IMG/VR virus record: IMGVR_UViG_3300010376_000097
Coordinates: 1 to 31,807 of that record
From: a virus
Taxonomy: Duplodnaviria; Caudoviricetes
Direction: 5' to 3' (one strand)
Length of the DNA: 31,807 bases
Both the position numbers and the translations under genes were made by a program. The notes below the pieces were generated by a model. That model was given only the letters and a program-made list of their open reading frames with translations, was not told where the DNA came from and ran no database searches. Positions 1 through 8,519 of this stretch are shown here, one piece after another (the stretch's first letter is position 1; each line of letters opens with the position of its first letter).

Positions 1-471
1 CTTGACCAGCTCGGTGACCGCGGCATCGATCTTGGCCTCCCAGCGTGCCAGGCCATCATTCTTGCGCCGCTTCGGGCGCCGCTTGCGCTTGGGCGGCGGC
101 AGCTGTAGGGCCTCGAACGCTCGATCGATCTCCTCGCGAACCTCCGCATCTCGCTCCGCTTGGAATCGCTTGATCATCTCGGACAGCGGGATGTCCCAGG
201 CATCTCGTGGGATCTGGCGCTGGTACAGGATGGTGTCGCCAGCCGGCCAGTAGAAGCGCGTGCAATCGCTATGCACGACGGCATAGAACTTGTGACACGA
301 GTTGATGTAGGCAACGAACCACCGGCTCTCGTCGTCTGGCCCGCGGGCTTCGCCGGCCTCGCGCACGGCATCGGTCTTCTTGCGGTAATAGGTGTAGCCG
401 GTGACGTGATTGTGGCACTTCAGCATGCCTGGCACCCAGCCGAGACACTCGCCGCATTGCCACTCGATCAT
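1..471 (-). CDS. Hypothetical protein, truncated at window edge
   Basis: ATG at 471 overlaps the upstream stop (ATGA); frame MIEWQCGECLGW... stays open to position 1; not in ORF track. Confidence 0.65.
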   Translation of the reverse strand, partial: MIEWQCGECLGWVPGMLKCHNHVTGYTYYRKKTDAVREAGEARGPDDESRWFVAYINSCHKFYAVVHSDCTRFYWPAGDTILYQRQIPRDAWDIPLSEMIKRFQAERDAEVREEIDRAFEALQLPPPKRKRRPKRRKNDGLARWEAKIDAAVTELVK

Positions 472-842
472 TTGGCCTTCGCCATGCGCTTGGCAGCGCG
501 CCCGTTGAGCGGCACGGCGGGGCCGAGAGAGATGCACCAATCGACGGGAACCATGTGCCAGCCGGACTTGCCAGGCGGTTTGAAGCTGGCCCAGAACACG
601 CACATCATGCCGAGATCGAGGGCCTCGTCATAGCCTGGCACGCGATGCCGCTCGATCTTGTGGCAGTTGAAGACCTTGCCGCTGCCCCAATGCGTTGACC
701 TGGCGATCTTGAAGTTGTCGCCGGCCTTGAGCGGCCTGACGGGCTCTGGCTTCTTGAGCCTTACTGGCTGGGTTTTTCGGGCCATTTCACGGGTATCCCC
801 GTTGCCTTCAGTTCGGGCGCCTTGCGAGGGCTTCTTGCTCAT
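468..842 (-). CDS. Hypothetical phage protein
   Basis: ATGA coupling at both ends. Confidence 0.65.
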   Translation of the reverse strand: MSKKPSQGARTEGNGDTREMARKTQPVRLKKPEPVRPLKAGDNFKIARSTHWGSGKVFNCHKIERHRVPGYDEALDLGMMCVFWASFKPPGKSGWHMVPVDWCISLGPAVPLNGRAAKRMAKAK

Positions 843-1339
843 GCTCGCTTTCCCAGGATCTCCTGCTGCTGCCCAAAACAGGCGCGGCTGTAGCTCAACA
901 CGCAGAGGGCATCACAGGCATTGGGGTCGGAACTGGGCCAGCCCAAGACCTGGCAGCGATGCAGGACATCGCTCTTCATGGCGCGGGCATTGCCGACAAA
1001 ATGCTTGCGGGCGGAGCCGAGATGCACGTCATAGCACGGCAGGCACAGCCTGTCCGCGGTGAGTTCAACGATGGCCGCCAGGCCCAGGAGCTTGCGGTTT
1101 GCGGCCATGCTGGTCTTGCCCCAGATGGGCGTGATCGCCGCCTCGCAGGCGATGTAGTCTGGCTCGTATTTTCTGAAGGCCGAAATTATTTTCTCCTCCA
1201 GCTTGCGATAGGCCGGGCCGAGAGCGGAGCCCGTGTGGCTGCATTCCCAGATGCCGGCCAATGGCACAGTAGAGCCTGAGGGATCGTCGCATGCCCATCC
1301 ACAAATTCCGCCTAAATCCAATGCCAAGCCCCGGATCAT
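839..1339 (-). CDS. RuvC-like Holliday junction resolvase
   Basis: LALDLG..GWA N-terminus, IACE, K(S)DV and NACDAL acidic motifs of the RNase H fold; ATG 1339 coupled to HNH stop. Confidence 0.85.
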   Translation of the reverse strand: MIRGLALDLGGICGWACDDPSGSTVPLAGIWECSHTGSALGPAYRKLEEKIISAFRKYEPDYIACEAAITPIWGKTSMAANRKLLGLAAIVELTADRLCLPCYDVHLGSARKHFVGNARAMKSDVLHRCQVLGWPSSDPNACDALCVLSYSRACFGQQQEILGKRA

Positions 1340-2013
1340 AAAAGTTGTATCCGCTTGTTGTGCTTCGAGTTGTTGCAGTGGCGGCAAAGGGGCTGAATGT
1401 TTTCGATGCTATCGTCGCCTCCTCGACTAATAGCGATGATGTGGTCGCGCTCTAGCCGCTTTGTTGAGCCGCACATGGCGCAACGGTGCTTGTAGCGCTC
1501 AAGTAGCGCCAGCCACTGGGCACGCGTATGTGTATTGATATGCTTAGCTGCCCTTCGGCGTTGCTCGCAGCGTCGGCTGCATTCGCGGCGCATTGTTTTG
1601 TCATCGGGATAGATCCTCAGTCGGCTGGCTCGTGCATGGCGGCAGACATCACCACATAGCACTTTAGTCGAGCCAGGATCGACATCGAAGGCCTCGCCGC
1701 ATTCCTTGCAATTGCGAGTGATCTTGCCGCCGCGCCAATGAGGATTGCTTTCGCCCGCGCGATCAGCAAGTTGGCAGGTTTGAGAACAATAATTGCGCTT
1801 TATTCCGCGCATTGCTGAGAGAAATCTGCGATATTCTTTGCCACATCCGCTACAAGATCGAACCACTAAGCCGCCGCGCCAAGCAGCATTAGCTGAGCCT
1901 GACTGATTGCGATCGAGAAAACAGGCTTTGGAGCAATAGTGACGCTGCGTCCGGACCACTTGCGAAGGCAGCTTGTCAAATTTCTGGCCGCATTCAGCGC
2001 AATCAACCAGCAT
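1336..2013 (-). CDS. HNH endonuclease with three N-terminal Cys-rich zinc-finger repeats
   Basis: CxxCG...YCSxxC repeats with NP/AxWRGG linkers; CAMCG...DHIIAISRGGDDSIENIQPLCRHCNNSKH core. Confidence 0.92.
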   Translation of the reverse strand: MLVDCAECGQKFDKLPSQVVRTQRHYCSKACFLDRNQSGSANAAWRGGLVVRSCSGCGKEYRRFLSAMRGIKRNYCSQTCQLADRAGESNPHWRGGKITRNCKECGEAFDVDPGSTKVLCGDVCRHARASRLRIYPDDKTMRRECSRRCEQRRRAAKHINTHTRAQWLALLERYKHRCAMCGSTKRLERDHIIAISRGGDDSIENIQPLCRHCNNSKHNKRIQLL

Positions 2014-2022
2014 CCAGGCCTC

Positions 2023-2103
2023 TCATGGCTCTTGCAGCAACCACCAGAGGAAGACGGCGCCCAGGCAGGCCATGACGATCGCGAAGCCCTCGCTGTAGCT
2101 CAT
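2023..2103 (-). CDS. 26-aa membrane peptide
   Basis: MSYSEGFAIVMACLGAVFLWWLLQEP, ATGA-coupled, fills the gap exactly. Confidence 0.55.
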   Translation of the reverse strand: MSYSEGFAIVMACLGAVFLWWLLQEP

Positions 2104-2927
2104 CTGCTTCTGGCCATGTCTTCGTGCTTCCAGCCCCTGATCCAGGCATTATGCTGGGCGGGTGCCAGGCGTTCGTTATAGGGGTTGGTGGCAATGGTCC
2201 GATCCAGCTTCCTCGACCGCGTCCCTTGAAGGAAAGCGCTCGCCGTCTCCTGCGTTTGTTCGAAGACTTCGTTGCCCGCCGCGGCGGCCTGGTCCGGACC
2301 CTGTTCCTCGCCTTCCTCTTCGTCTGGCTCGTCATCTTCTGGTTCGTCATCATCCGGCCCTGGCACGGGATCGCGGGGAGGTGACGCCGCCGCCGCGGAG
2401 ATCTCGTCCAGCCTTTGCTGGATCTCCTGCTGCATGGGTGACATCTCCGGGGGCTTCGCGTCACCTTGACGGGGCGTGGCGGAATCCGGCTTGGATTTCG
2501 GCTCGATCTCCGCCAGGCCGTCGAAAGTGAACTGAAAGCCCAGCGGAATATTGGTCAGCCGGGCCATGCGCAGGCGTTCGCTGATCTCCCGATCGACATC
2601 GAGCGGATCTCGGCGGAGCGCTTCCAGGGTCCAAGCGATCTCTGTCGCCCCGACTCTCCGGGCGTCCTTTACCAGCTGGGCATAGACGCGATAGGCCGAT
2701 CGATAATCCTGCTTTTTCCTCTCCGCCTCCAAGAAGGCCAGCCTGCCGCGCTCCAGAAACTCCAGGCGCGTGGCATCGGAGACGTTGCCCCCAGGTGCCC
2801 GGCGCCCCTGGCGCGCTTCCTGGGGCTCCGCAGCGGCTCTGGGGCGGGGCGGGGAGCCATCCTTGCGGGGGCGACCCCGCGGGCGCTTGGGCTTGAGGCT
2901 CATCGAGCCTGGGGTCAATCGTTCCAT
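2100..2927 (-). CDS. Protein with AT-hook, helical domain, acidic linker and C-terminal Rmf-like domain
   Basis: SD AGGAG before ATG 2927; KRPRGRPRK; C-terminal AFLQG...NPY...AWIRGW. Confidence 0.7.
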   Translation of the reverse strand: MERLTPGSMSLKPKRPRGRPRKDGSPPRPRAAAEPQEARQGRRAPGGNVSDATRLEFLERGRLAFLEAERKKQDYRSAYRVYAQLVKDARRVGATEIAWTLEALRRDPLDVDREISERLRMARLTNIPLGFQFTFDGLAEIEPKSKPDSATPRQGDAKPPEMSPMQQEIQQRLDEISAAAASPPRDPVPGPDDDEPEDDEPDEEEGEEQGPDQAAAAGNEVFEQTQETASAFLQGTRSRKLDRTIATNPYNERLAPAQHNAWIRGWKHEDMARSR

Positions 2928-3394
2928 GGGGCATCTCCTATGAATATTTGGCACGCCGTGCATTTTCCGCCTTGGTTATCCATCGGCAGTTTTGCGGATT
3001 ATAGCCCTGGCAATTGTCAACGCGATCGATCGACAGCCCCAATTGGTAGCCATTGGCCAAAGCCCAATCGCGAAAGGCTTCAAAGGCCTGCCATTCCGGG
3101 CAAATCGTTATGCCCTTGTCGCCATAATATTTTTTGTAATTGGGACGCGTGCTGGCCGCACGATTTTGCCATATCGGCCATCAGCGACTTCATGTCCCGC
3201 CATCTCGATAGGTTGCCATATTTTAAAAAATACACCAGCATCCTGGGATTGGCGCGAGGGGAGGCCAGGTGTTCCCCCAAGTCGCCGGGCCACGACCGCG
3301 CCGATAGCTCGCTACGCCGGATTCCCTCGCCAGGGAGGCGTCAAACGGACAAATGCCTCGCTCTTTTGAGTTCTCTCGGGGCGGCGGGCCTTAT

Positions 3395-3640
3395 TTACTC
3401 CTTGTCCCATTTCTTCGCCTTGCCTCTGGCATGACGCGGCGTTTTGTAGCCATCGAAGCGGGTGGGCAACTCCATGCTACGTCGCTGGAGCTTGCCCTTG
3501 GCCGTCATCTCCGGCGTGAGCTTGCGGACCTGCATCGTCGGGTCAGGGGGCCAGTCGCGTCCGATATAAGCCTGATCTTCCGGCGTCGGGCTTGGCCGTA
3601 CCGGGCGATTGCCGCCGCGGTTCATTCTCGTTGGCCTCAT
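3395..3640 (-). CDS. Small basic hypothetical protein (start may be ATG 3625)
   Basis: ORF in operon orientation, GAGG upstream of the second ATG. Confidence 0.45.
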   Translation of the reverse strand: MRPTRMNRGGNRPVRPSPTPEDQAYIGRDWPPDPTMQVRKLTPEMTAKGKLQRRSMELPTRFDGYKTPRHARGKAKKWDKE

Positions 3641-3661
3641 CGAGCTATTCCCACTTGGGTC

Positions 3662-3696
3662 TAAGAAAGGGGCTCCCGGTCGGCGCCGAGAGCCCC
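3662..3696 (-). terminator. Intrinsic terminator
   Basis: GGGGCUCUCGG-loop-CCGGGAGCCCC then UUUCUU, just after the stop at 3711. Confidence 0.7.
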
Positions 3697-3710
3697 AAGT
3701 CGTCGCTCAG

Positions 3711-4595
3711 CTATTCGAGTTCAGGCGCACCCTTCTTCGGGTCATAGCGTCCGATCTTGTCCATCGAACGATGGTTGCGATAAGCATTCCAGGCCACAGC
3801 GCAGGCCCGGTAGATCGCCATGACGGGCGGCTTCTGCACCTTTTCCTGCTTGGCGGCCAGAAGGTAGGCATCCAGCACTTTGGTCGGATGCGTCTCCTCG
3901 TTGCTGCCGCCTTGCCGGGCAACGTCGGTCCAGAAGGTTTCGGCCTCTTCCGGCGAGGATTCGTAGGTGCCATACATGGCCCCCATCACAGCCTGTGTGA
4001 ACTCGGGAGTCTTCACCGACAAGATGCGGCCCGTCATTTGGATGAACGGGTGATATTTCGCTTCGGCGAATAGATTGAACTTGTCGTCGCTGGTCGGCAT
4101 GTAGTCACCGACGACACGTCCGAGATACCAAGCAATGCCCTCGACGGCAGCGCGCGCCGCCTTGGGTGGGATATCGACAAGAGGCGTCTGGAGCCTCTGA
4201 TAGACAGCGGAGATCTCTTCGATCTTGCGGGTTGACATCCGGCTGTCGAATTGCCGGAACAACAAAGCCAGCGAGAGCGTGGTATCGACCTCATAGTCAT
4301 CGATGTGGACTCTCAGCCCCGGCGGCAGGCTGCCATTGAGCTTTGCCGCGGCCGTGCTGGAATGATGCCCATTTACGCGGTAGATCTTATCGTTCTCAAG
4401 GACGTGAGCCCGCGCCCAACTGAAGGCAATTGCTCTACCGCCGACGATGGTGTCCGTGAGATAATCGAGCCGCTTCTGGTACAAGTCGCGCTCGGTGAGC
4501 GAAGCCGGCATGTTGGCAAACTCAAGGGCGAGATCCTGGGTCAGATCCAGAGTCTCGCTCTTGATCAACCTGTAGTGTCTCATTGTCGCGTCCAT
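3711..4595 (-). CDS. ParB/Srx-fold (DGQHR-like) domain protein
   Basis: ERDL...RVNGHHSS...FRQFD pattern; SD AAGGA before ATG 4595. Confidence 0.6.
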   Translation of the reverse strand: MDATMRHYRLIKSETLDLTQDLALEFANMPASLTERDLYQKRLDYLTDTIVGGRAIAFSWARAHVLENDKIYRVNGHHSSTAAAKLNGSLPPGLRVHIDDYEVDTTLSLALLFRQFDSRMSTRKIEEISAVYQRLQTPLVDIPPKAARAAVEGIAWYLGRVVGDYMPTSDDKFNLFAEAKYHPFIQMTGRILSVKTPEFTQAVMGAMYGTYESSPEEAETFWTDVARQGGSNEETHPTKVLDAYLLAAKQEKVQKPPVMAIYRACAVAWNAYRNHRSMDKIGRYDPKKGAPELE

Positions 4596-5439
4596 TGGTA
4601 CTTCCTTGATAAACCGGACGAGAGGATGAAACGATGCGCAGGCCCGTCCGGTCTGCCTTGCCATCGTCATTCTCCCAATCTCTGAGGATGACCTTGCCGC
4701 GCGCACCGATGAATCCGATCTCCGTCTTGGAGATGAGAGCATCGTGTCGCTTGGCTTGCTCTATCATCGCTCTGAAGAGCGGGAGGAATTGCTTCTTGAC
4801 CTCGCTCAGGCGGACAAGCTTCTCGCTTTTGTCCTTCCTCACGATATCCTTATCTTTCTGGGCGGCTAACTTGTGGGGCGTTCGCAGAAGACGTCCCTGG
4901 CTCTTGACGATCTTGGGATCGGCGACTTGGTCTTCTCTCTTGGTATGATAGCTGTAAGCAACCGCATTCTTGAGCCCGACTTTGTCATCGCGGACCAAAT
5001 CGATGATCGCAGGGATCGCTGTGCGCTCAAGGGTGCGTGCATTGTCGATGAGATTCACATGGACCCCTAATTGCTCAGCGATTTGACTTCGGGATTTAAT
5101 CAACTCTCGAGTTGATTTATTCGGGCGACCGCGTCTGAGCCTCTCAAGCTTAGAGCCGATCAGCGCAAGCTGCGCGGGCGTGTGTTGCTGCCGGAGCTTG
5201 TTCTCTGAAATGGTATAGCCGATAGGATCGTCGCCGTCGTAAATCTCGACGCGTAATTCAAGCCCCAGCATCTCGCAGGCCCGCTGCCGATTCTTGCCGC
5301 AGAGCAATTGACCATCCTTGGTGATGACAGCGGTAACGCGCTGACCGTGCTGGCGGAAGTCAGCGATGAACTCGGCGAACTCAGTCGAGGTCTCGCTCAT
5401 GGCGGGCCAAGCGGCATTGGCGGGATGGAGGGGATACAT
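4522..5439 (-). CDS. ParB N-terminal-domain protein with HTH
   Basis: LHP..AWP.MS...F.ADFRQHGQ...GQLLCGKNRQRAC...SENKLRQ; HTH-like RSQIAEQLGVHVNLIDNA. Confidence 0.8.
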   Translation of the reverse strand: MYPLHPANAAWPAMSETSTEFAEFIADFRQHGQRVTAVITKDGQLLCGKNRQRACEMLGLELRVEIYDGDDPIGYTISENKLRQQHTPAQLALIGSKLERLRRGRPNKSTRELIKSRSQIAEQLGVHVNLIDNARTLERTAIPAIIDLVRDDKVGLKNAVAYSYHTKREDQVADPKIVKSQGRLLRTPHKLAAQKDKDIVRKDKSEKLVRLSEVKKQFLPLFRAMIEQAKRHDALISKTEIGFIGARGKVILRDWENDDGKADRTGLRIVSSSRPVYQGSTNGRDNETLQVDQERDSGSDPGSRP

Positions 5440-5518
5440 GAGCGGCAGACTGACACTGCCGCTATGCGCTGTCAATACAGGATTGCCGAGACGACGGAAA
5501 TGTTGCTATCGTACAGGC
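5440..5518. promoter_or_regulatory. Divergent promoter pair with palindromic operator candidate
   Basis: Minus TTGACA(5475-5470)-17-CAGTCT; plus TTGCCG(5483)-18-TATCGT(5507); inverted repeat AGCGGCAG-N7-CTGCCGCT (5441-5463). Confidence 0.65.
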
Positions 5519-5722
5519 ATGGAACAGGCACTGACGGAAGCGATTCGCCGGGCCGGGGGTCTCCGGGCTCTGGGCCGGGCTCTTGGCATCAGCCATCAGA
5601 CGATCACGCAGTGGCGCCAGGCGCCGCCGCTGCGCGTGCTGGCGATCGAACGCTTGACAGGCGTCAGCCGGCATAAGCTCCGCCCGGATATCTACCCGAT
5701 CGAGAGACGAAAGCGCGCATAA
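5519..5722 (+). CDS. Cro/YdaS-family HTH regulator
   Basis: AI..AGG..ALGRALGISHQTITQW...P..RVLAIERLTGVSRH.LRPDIY signature. Confidence 0.92.
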   Translation: MEQALTEAIRRAGGLRALGRALGISHQTITQWRQAPPLRVLAIERLTGVSRHKLRPDIYPIERRKRA

Positions 5723-5730
5723 TCGGAGAA

Positions 5731-5822
5731 AGCCCGCTACCGCAACGGACCCCCCAGTCTCTGCGGCCAATAAAGCAAATGCTGCCGGCCAAATCCCCCA
5801 ACCCCACCGGCAGCGGCGGGCT
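5731..5822 (+). ncRNA. Candidate structured RNA (three-way junction, C-rich loops)
   Basis: Stems 5731-38/5815-22, 5740-50/5757-66 and 5781-88/5807-14 paired by eye. Confidence 0.5.
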
Positions 5823-5836
5823 ACAGAAGGGGACAA

Positions 5837-6088
5837 ATGACCGACTGGCGCCCGATCGCTGAGCTTCCGGAGGACTCTCAGGCGCATTACGACATCCTGT
5901 GCCGGCGCTGGAACGAGGTCGTCGGGCATTGGGAATGGCGCCGCTTCACCGATTGCTGGAAGAATCCGCGGCAGAGGCCCGCCTGGCGCTGTCTCAGCGG
6001 CGGGATGGAGCGCGGCGGGTGGCAGCCTATGTGGTGGACTGAGGTAACGCTCCCAGCCGAAGTCAAGGCTCATGGCGCTCCGGTCTGA
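5837..6088 (+). CDS. DUF551-like small phage protein
   Basis: WRPIAELP N-terminus and QPMWW..V.LP C-terminus. Confidence 0.65.
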   Translation: MTDWRPIAELPEDSQAHYDILCRRWNEVVGHWEWRRFTDCWKNPRQRPAWRCLSGGMERGGWQPMWWTEVTLPAEVKAHGAPV

Positions 6089-6299
6089 AATCATGCAGGC
6101 CCTCCTGGGCGCGATCGGCGGTCCCAGCAAGCCGAATCACGACGAGGTCGAGGCGGCGCTGATGCAGCTGGCAGACGCCACGGCAGCGATCATCAGGGTC
6201 ATGCCCAGCGGAACGCGGGAAAGACTGAGGGAAAAATTCGACATGCAGCTTGCGACGGGATTAGAGCGCCAGCATGGGCTGCCCGGAGACGAGGAATGA
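6072..6299 (+). CDS. Hypothetical protein
   Basis: Overlapping/coupled operon ORF. Confidence 0.6.
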   Translation: MALRSEIMQALLGAIGGPSKPNHDEVEAALMQLADATAAIIRVMPSGTRERLREKFDMQLATGLERQHGLPGDEE

Positions 6300-6466
6300 A
6301 AGACAGGCTGGGCATAGAAGCCCTACGTATGGTTGTCATCATCGCTGAAGCGGGCGGCGCCAAGCGGCTCGCGGAATTGGATGGACCGGGCCAGATCGAG
6401 GCGTTGAAAGCCGCTATTGAGCGCATTGAGCGCGTTGAGCGGCGGATCGCAGCGATGGTCCGATGA
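6296..6466 (+). CDS. 56-aa hypothetical protein
   Basis: MKDRLGIEAL...AAMVR, ATGA-coupled at both ends; not in ORF track. Confidence 0.65.
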   Translation: MKDRLGIEALRMVVIIAEAGGAKRLAELDGPGQIEALKAAIERIERVERRIAAMVR

Positions 6467-7296
6467 ACATCGTGATTCGCGCGAGCTATCTGTCTCAATA
6501 TCCGGACTGTCCGCGGCGCACGGCAGCGCGGATCTTTCGCAGCGAGATCGAGGCCGCAGGCTTCCGGTTGCGTGAGGTGATCAGGGGTGTCGGCGCCGCC
6601 ATAGGCAGCGCCGTCCACACGGGCGCGGCCACTATCCTGAAGGAAAAAGCCAGAATCGGAAGGATGCCATCATCAGACCTGGGGCTGGATGCGGCGCGTG
6701 ACCAACTGCGATCAATGTCCCACGAGGGCATCGTCTATGATGAAATGTCACGCAAGCTGGGCGATGCAGAGGCCGCAGCTTTAAGAATGACCGCGATATA
6801 TCGCGATACGCTGGCTCCATTCATCGATCCTATGCTGGTCGAGGAGCGGCTGGAAGCGCGAGCCGGCGCCGGGCTCATCCTCAGTGGCCAGAGCGATGTC
6901 ATCGCCCGTGAGCCGGGCAGCATCCGTGACCTGAAGACGGGCAAGAGCATTGGCTTCAACAGGCCGCAGATCGGCGCCTATAGCTTGTTGGCACGGGCGC
7001 GCGAGCTAAACATCACGCGCGCGGTCATCGACTTCATTCGGCGCGTGGGCAATCGCCAAGAGCAACCGCCGCCGATCAGCATCGAGCATGACGTGGACGA
7101 AGTCGAAAGCGCGGCTGCGAACGTCTTGCGCGCCATGAACAACGACTTCCGCGCTTTCCGCGAGGGCGATAGCCGGCGCCAGATCCAGCCTGGCGATCCA
7201 TGGGCCTTTCTGGCGAATCCGCAATCCAAGCTATGTTCGCCAGACTATTGCTCGGCTTGGGGCACTGATTTCTGCAAGGAGCATGCGAGAAAATGA
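6463..7296 (+). CDS. PD-(D/E)XK exonuclease, Cas4/RecB-like
   Basis: RAS...CPRR, GSAVH, VEERL, GQSDV, IRDLKTG, QIGAY; 1+3 cysteine pattern. Confidence 0.88.
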   Translation: MNIVIRASYLSQYPDCPRRTAARIFRSEIEAAGFRLREVIRGVGAAIGSAVHTGAATILKEKARIGRMPSSDLGLDAARDQLRSMSHEGIVYDEMSRKLGDAEAAALRMTAIYRDTLAPFIDPMLVEERLEARAGAGLILSGQSDVIAREPGSIRDLKTGKSIGFNRPQIGAYSLLARARELNITRAVIDFIRRVGNRQEQPPPISIEHDVDEVESAAANVLRAMNNDFRAFREGDSRRQIQPGDPWAFLANPQSKLCSPDYCSAWGTDFCKEHARK

Positions 7297-7427
7297 GCGA
7301 TCCACGCGAACCCTTAGAGTCACTCGATGATGGCATCGACCGCGTCGTCATCTATGTAACGATCGGCATCGTGGTGATGACCATCGTCATCGCCGGCATT
7401 GTCGTTTTCATTTCCGGAATCTTTTAG
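7293..7427 (+). CDS. 44-aa single-pass membrane protein
   Basis: MSDPREPLES...VVIYVTIGIVVMTIVIAGIVVFISGIF; ATGA-coupled. Confidence 0.65.
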   Translation: MSDPREPLESLDDGIDRVVIYVTIGIVVMTIVIAGIVVFISGIF

Positions 7428-7437
7428 GAGGATCTCA

Positions 7438-8490
7438 ATGGCTCAGAACGATCGTCCCGCGCTCCCTTCGCTGCGCGATAGCCGTACCATCGATATGGCC
7501 CGCAATGCTTCCGGCGGCTTCGACGCCGAAGCCTATTGGGTCATGGACCGGCGCGACAATCAGCTGATCGAGGACGAGATTCTCCAGGGGGCCGGCAGCA
7601 AGACCTTCGTCTACAGCTTCAAGATCTCCAACAAGCAAGTCTCCGGGGTCAGCGTCATCGGAGCCCAGCATCTGGCCGCGCATTACGGAGGCTTGAAGCA
7701 CCGCATCATCGCGACCATCGAGAAAACCGGCGCTCTGCATATCTACACGTCCTATCCCACCGCAGAGCGCGACATGAAGGCCGCTCCCGCTGTCCATCAT
7801 GAACTGGCGGAGGAGCCGGATTACTTCAAAGTGCTGGTGGAGATGACGGATCTGAAGACCGGAAACACTCGGCAGATCGAGACGGTCGAGCGGCGCCTGG
7901 AGTATCGCGATGACGGGACAAGCTGGGAGAAGCCGCACTACCAGCGCATCGCCCAATCGAAGGCTTACAGGAACGCGGTCCTGGCTCTGATCCCGCAGGA
8001 CGTGAAGATCCGCTGGTTGCAGCAGCAACTGAAGCTGACGGAGATCATCACCGACGATGTGATCGGAGAAAAGCGCAAGGCGGTCTTGAGCTACACCGCC
8101 AAGGCATCGATTCCCCTCGCCCGCGAGGCCGTCAATCAGCTTACGATGGAACAGATCTCGGCCCTCTCCGACGTGGCAAAGGAGAGGGACCGGGATCGTT
8201 TCCTGAGTGCCCTGGATGGGCTGGGGCTGATGAAGGAGGGCGTGCATGGGGAAGACGACGAAGATAAGGGGCAGGAGAAGGAGCGAGGTAAAAAGACGCG
8301 CCCGGCAGCAAAGGGACAGCCATCGACAGAGAAGGAAACGACAGAAGGCTCCGCCAAAGCCGGAACACCTCCCGCGGACGAAGGACTGAAGACTGAGACG
8401 GAACAGGTCGGACAGAAGGGCGAACGCAGGAGCGGCCCGGCACAGACCGGCAAACCGCACCGTCCCTCTTTGTTCTCCAAGGACGACTGA
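7438..8490 (+). CDS. Putative ssDNA-annealing/recombination protein
   Basis: SD AGGAGG; follows the exonuclease; globular N-domain plus charged disordered tail; function inferred from synteny. Confidence 0.5.
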   Translation: MAQNDRPALPSLRDSRTIDMARNASGGFDAEAYWVMDRRDNQLIEDEILQGAGSKTFVYSFKISNKQVSGVSVIGAQHLAAHYGGLKHRIIATIEKTGALHIYTSYPTAERDMKAAPAVHHELAEEPDYFKVLVEMTDLKTGNTRQIETVERRLEYRDDGTSWEKPHYQRIAQSKAYRNAVLALIPQDVKIRWLQQQLKLTEIITDDVIGEKRKAVLSYTAKASIPLAREAVNQLTMEQISALSDVAKERDRDRFLSALDGLGLMKEGVHGEDDEDKGQEKERGKKTRPAAKGQPSTEKETTEGSAKAGTPPADEGLKTETEQVGQKGERRSGPAQTGKPHRPSLFSKDD

Positions 8491-8519
8491 GCATCATCGA
8501 ATAAACCGAGGGAGCATTT

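Noticed and set aside
2964-3394. Short ORFs or replication origin in the AT-richer gap
   Set aside because: No convincing RBS, motifs or iterons visible.
6463-7296. CRISPR-associated Cas4
   Set aside because: No array or other cas genes; context is phage recombination.
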